60,837 nt of DNA, taken from the NCBI GenBank assembly GCA_003427395.1, contig BFEA01000001.1, positions 3,943,506 to 4,004,342 of the forward strand, in the 5' to 3' direction. The notes under the pieces are model-generated. The model worked only from the letters and a program-made list of their open reading frames with translations, was not told the origin of the DNA and searched no databases. The position numbers were made by a program, and so were the translations under genes. This DNA is from Chara braunii (lineage: Eukaryota > Plantae > Charophyceae). Below are positions 58,898 to 60,837 of the stretch, piece after piece; the first letter of the stretch is position 1; each line of letters starts with the position of its first letter.

Positions 58898-59827
58898 GTG
58901 AAAAAGTCGGCGCGCAGTTTTCAATTCAGGCGCTGGGAATGGGACTTGGGGGGCTCCCGAAAACTGCAGGTCTGGCAGTACACAGTAAAGGCTGGCTACA
59001 GAACAGCAAGGAAACCGGCACACATAACCGAACAGATCAAGCAGAGGTGGGATAGAGACTCGCCACTTGACATGGAACACCTTAGCATGCTAAGGTGGGC
59101 CACCTACTCGACTATTCGACCTACTAATCTGCGAGCCCTGCAGTGGCAGATCATCCACAAGTGTCTACCCACCCCGGACTGGATTGTGTGGAGAACAAAC
59201 TTGGAAGAACGGGGCGTGCTGTCCCCGCTCTGCACCTACTGCAGAGGGGCTTTCCCCAGGAAAAGAGCCACGCTTGAACACTGCTCGCTGGACTGCACTA
59301 TGGTGGCCCAACTTTGGCAATGGTGGGATGCTGCATGGCACTATCTCATGGGCAGCCACCTGCCGTGGGACCTTAAGACCATCTTGCTGGGGGAAAAGCC
59401 CCCACAAGTGGCAACGTGGACACCCTTCAGCCTTAACTTGCTGGCAGTAACGCGACTGCCGATGTTAATGGCTGCCTGGCGGATGAGATGTGCATACGAG
59501 CACAGACAACACGCATATGGATATATGGAGGCTCGGGCCTCGATACTTGAGACAATCACCGTAAACACACAAGCGGCCTGGCAGGAACTCACAATAATGC
59601 TCCAGAAAGAACCAGACTTAACCAAAAGGAGCGAGCTTTCTGATAACTTTCGGACTGTCTGGGTGGACAACGCAGAGAGTCTTTGCGAACTAAATCAACT
59701 CAACCAGCTGCGGTGGAAGCAGTGGTGGGCTACGGAACCACAATGGGAACGCTTACCTAGAAGCCACTTTCAGTTATCGTTCCGACCGACCAACTTCATC
59801 ATGCTCCCTGGCTTAAGTACACTGTAA
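58898..59827 (+). CDS. LINE ORF2 C-terminal zf-RVT domain (truncated, no true start)
   Basis: WQYTVKAGY...LQWQIIHKCLPT...CTYC..RATLEHCSLDC...LW...AWRMRC, the canonical zf-RVT pattern. Confidence 0.88.
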   Translation: MKKSARSFQFRRWEWDLGGSRKLQVWQYTVKAGYRTARKPAHITEQIKQRWDRDSPLDMEHLSMLRWATYSTIRPTNLRALQWQIIHKCLPTPDWIVWRTNLEERGVLSPLCTYCRGAFPRKRATLEHCSLDCTMVAQLWQWWDAAWHYLMGSHLPWDLKTILLGEKPPQVATWTPFSLNLLAVTRLPMLMAAWRMRCAYEHRQHAYGYMEARASILETITVNTQAAWQELTIMLQKEPDLTKRSELSDNFRTVWVDNAESLCELNQLNQLRWKQWWATEPQWERLPRSHFQLSFRPTNFIMLPGLSTL

Positions 59828-60814
59828 CCGCTCCCCCCTCCCTTCGGTGGTCCCCCCCCAGCGAACTGTCCCCGTCCCCGTTCCCCCCCCTCTCCCACCT
59901 CTACACCCACTTCCCGCCCCTCTCCCACCCACCCCTGCTCCTCTCATTCAAAGCCGGCCAAGCAGGGTCTTCCCCACTGGAGAATGCAGCTGAAGGGAAC
60001 ACCCCCTGGTGACAAGACGATGAGGTCATCGCCCACAGCCCATCACTGATGCCAGCCTACGCGGAGCTTTGGAAGGCGCCCGACAACGACTAGCAGACCT
60101 CAAGAATATTAGCTGGTTTCCCACAGCTGGGAGGCAGGGACAGGGTTACACAATCAAATTCTACTTCAAAGACAACGACACAATGTTCATCCACTGGTAG
60201 GGGGCTCTGGGAGGGCTGGAAGCAGGGGACAAGGGCTTTGGGAGGGCAGGAACTTAGTGGGGAAGAGACCGCCTAGCACTGCTGAAAGGGTTTTGGATCT
60301 TAAGGAAAGGTGGGAGGGTTTTGGGTCTTAGGGAAAGGTGGAATAGAGGGGGATTAAGGTTGGCACCCAATAAAGCATTGTAACGACCACACTGCTAGCA
60401 TTCTACACACACAGCGACAGCCAATTGCCTTACGGTCAATTGCTTTGGCACCTACGGATCATAGCCACAACACAGGGATGAAACAGCACAATACGGTATA
60501 TGGACTATTCCATAGCACACACAAGGCCACATCAAGGATAGCACTGACAGGGAGCTGGGTAGCTTACCGCCCACCTCCCCACAAACACACGGATCCTGCA
60601 AACTTCGTACTCACAGCGTAGATTACTTGGATCACATGGAAGTCCACAGCATGATTTACATTGTACATTGCAGGGACGCTGGACCCGATTTCCAGCAGGT
60701 GTTGCTCCCCACTAATAGATGGAGCCACCTCGACACTGCTAGGGGCGCCTGCTCGTACCAGCGTCCCTAGCAGCCGATCGGGCTGTTTCTTTAAAAAAAA
60801 AAAAAAAATAAAAA
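58898..60814 (+). mobile_element. 5-prime-truncated L1/Tx1-type LINE: ORF2 C-terminus, ~1-kb 3-prime UTR, poly(A)
   Basis: Open frame 58898..59827 followed by a UTR and an A-rich tail at 60793-60814. No TSD identified. Confidence 0.75.
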
Positions 60815-60837
60815 TCCTGGGGATCTCAAAGACTTTC

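Overview
Eukaryotic, microsatellite- and transposon-rich genomic DNA with several assembly gaps. The style suggests a streptophyte alga such as Chara (inference from Met-primed chromoviruses, compound microsatellites and a probable axonemal dynein exon). Left half (about 2.0-29.9 kb): an unusual non-coding block built from two diverged ~8 kb direct repeats (A ~2920-11010, B ~17720-26240) plus a permuted partial third copy (~28640-29910). These repeats carry scrambled, degenerate LSU (25S/28S) rRNA fragments in both orientations and a probable SSU 5-prime remnant. They also carry reciprocal Tc1/mariner-type MITE insertions, a ~123-bp degenerate tandem array and an array of 8-9 hairpins. Each hairpin has a conserved apex (CATT-GTTTCTAAGYTG-AATG), and most have a unit-specific but self-complementary outer stem; the units are separated by largely unique spacers. 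This hairpin array is the most novel signal in the window. Right half: L1-type LINE fragments and two decayed chromodomain-bearing Ty3/gypsy LTR retrotransposons (35049-~43512 on +; 44168-54710 on - with CATTG TSD). It also holds a mini-MITE, a probable exon of an inner-arm dynein heavy chain (DNAH6-like, - strand) and a 5-prime-truncated LINE ending in poly(A). No intact protein-coding gene, rRNA gene, tRNA or true CRISPR-Cas locus is supported. All alignments were made by eye and all homology calls come from remembered family motifs, not database searches.
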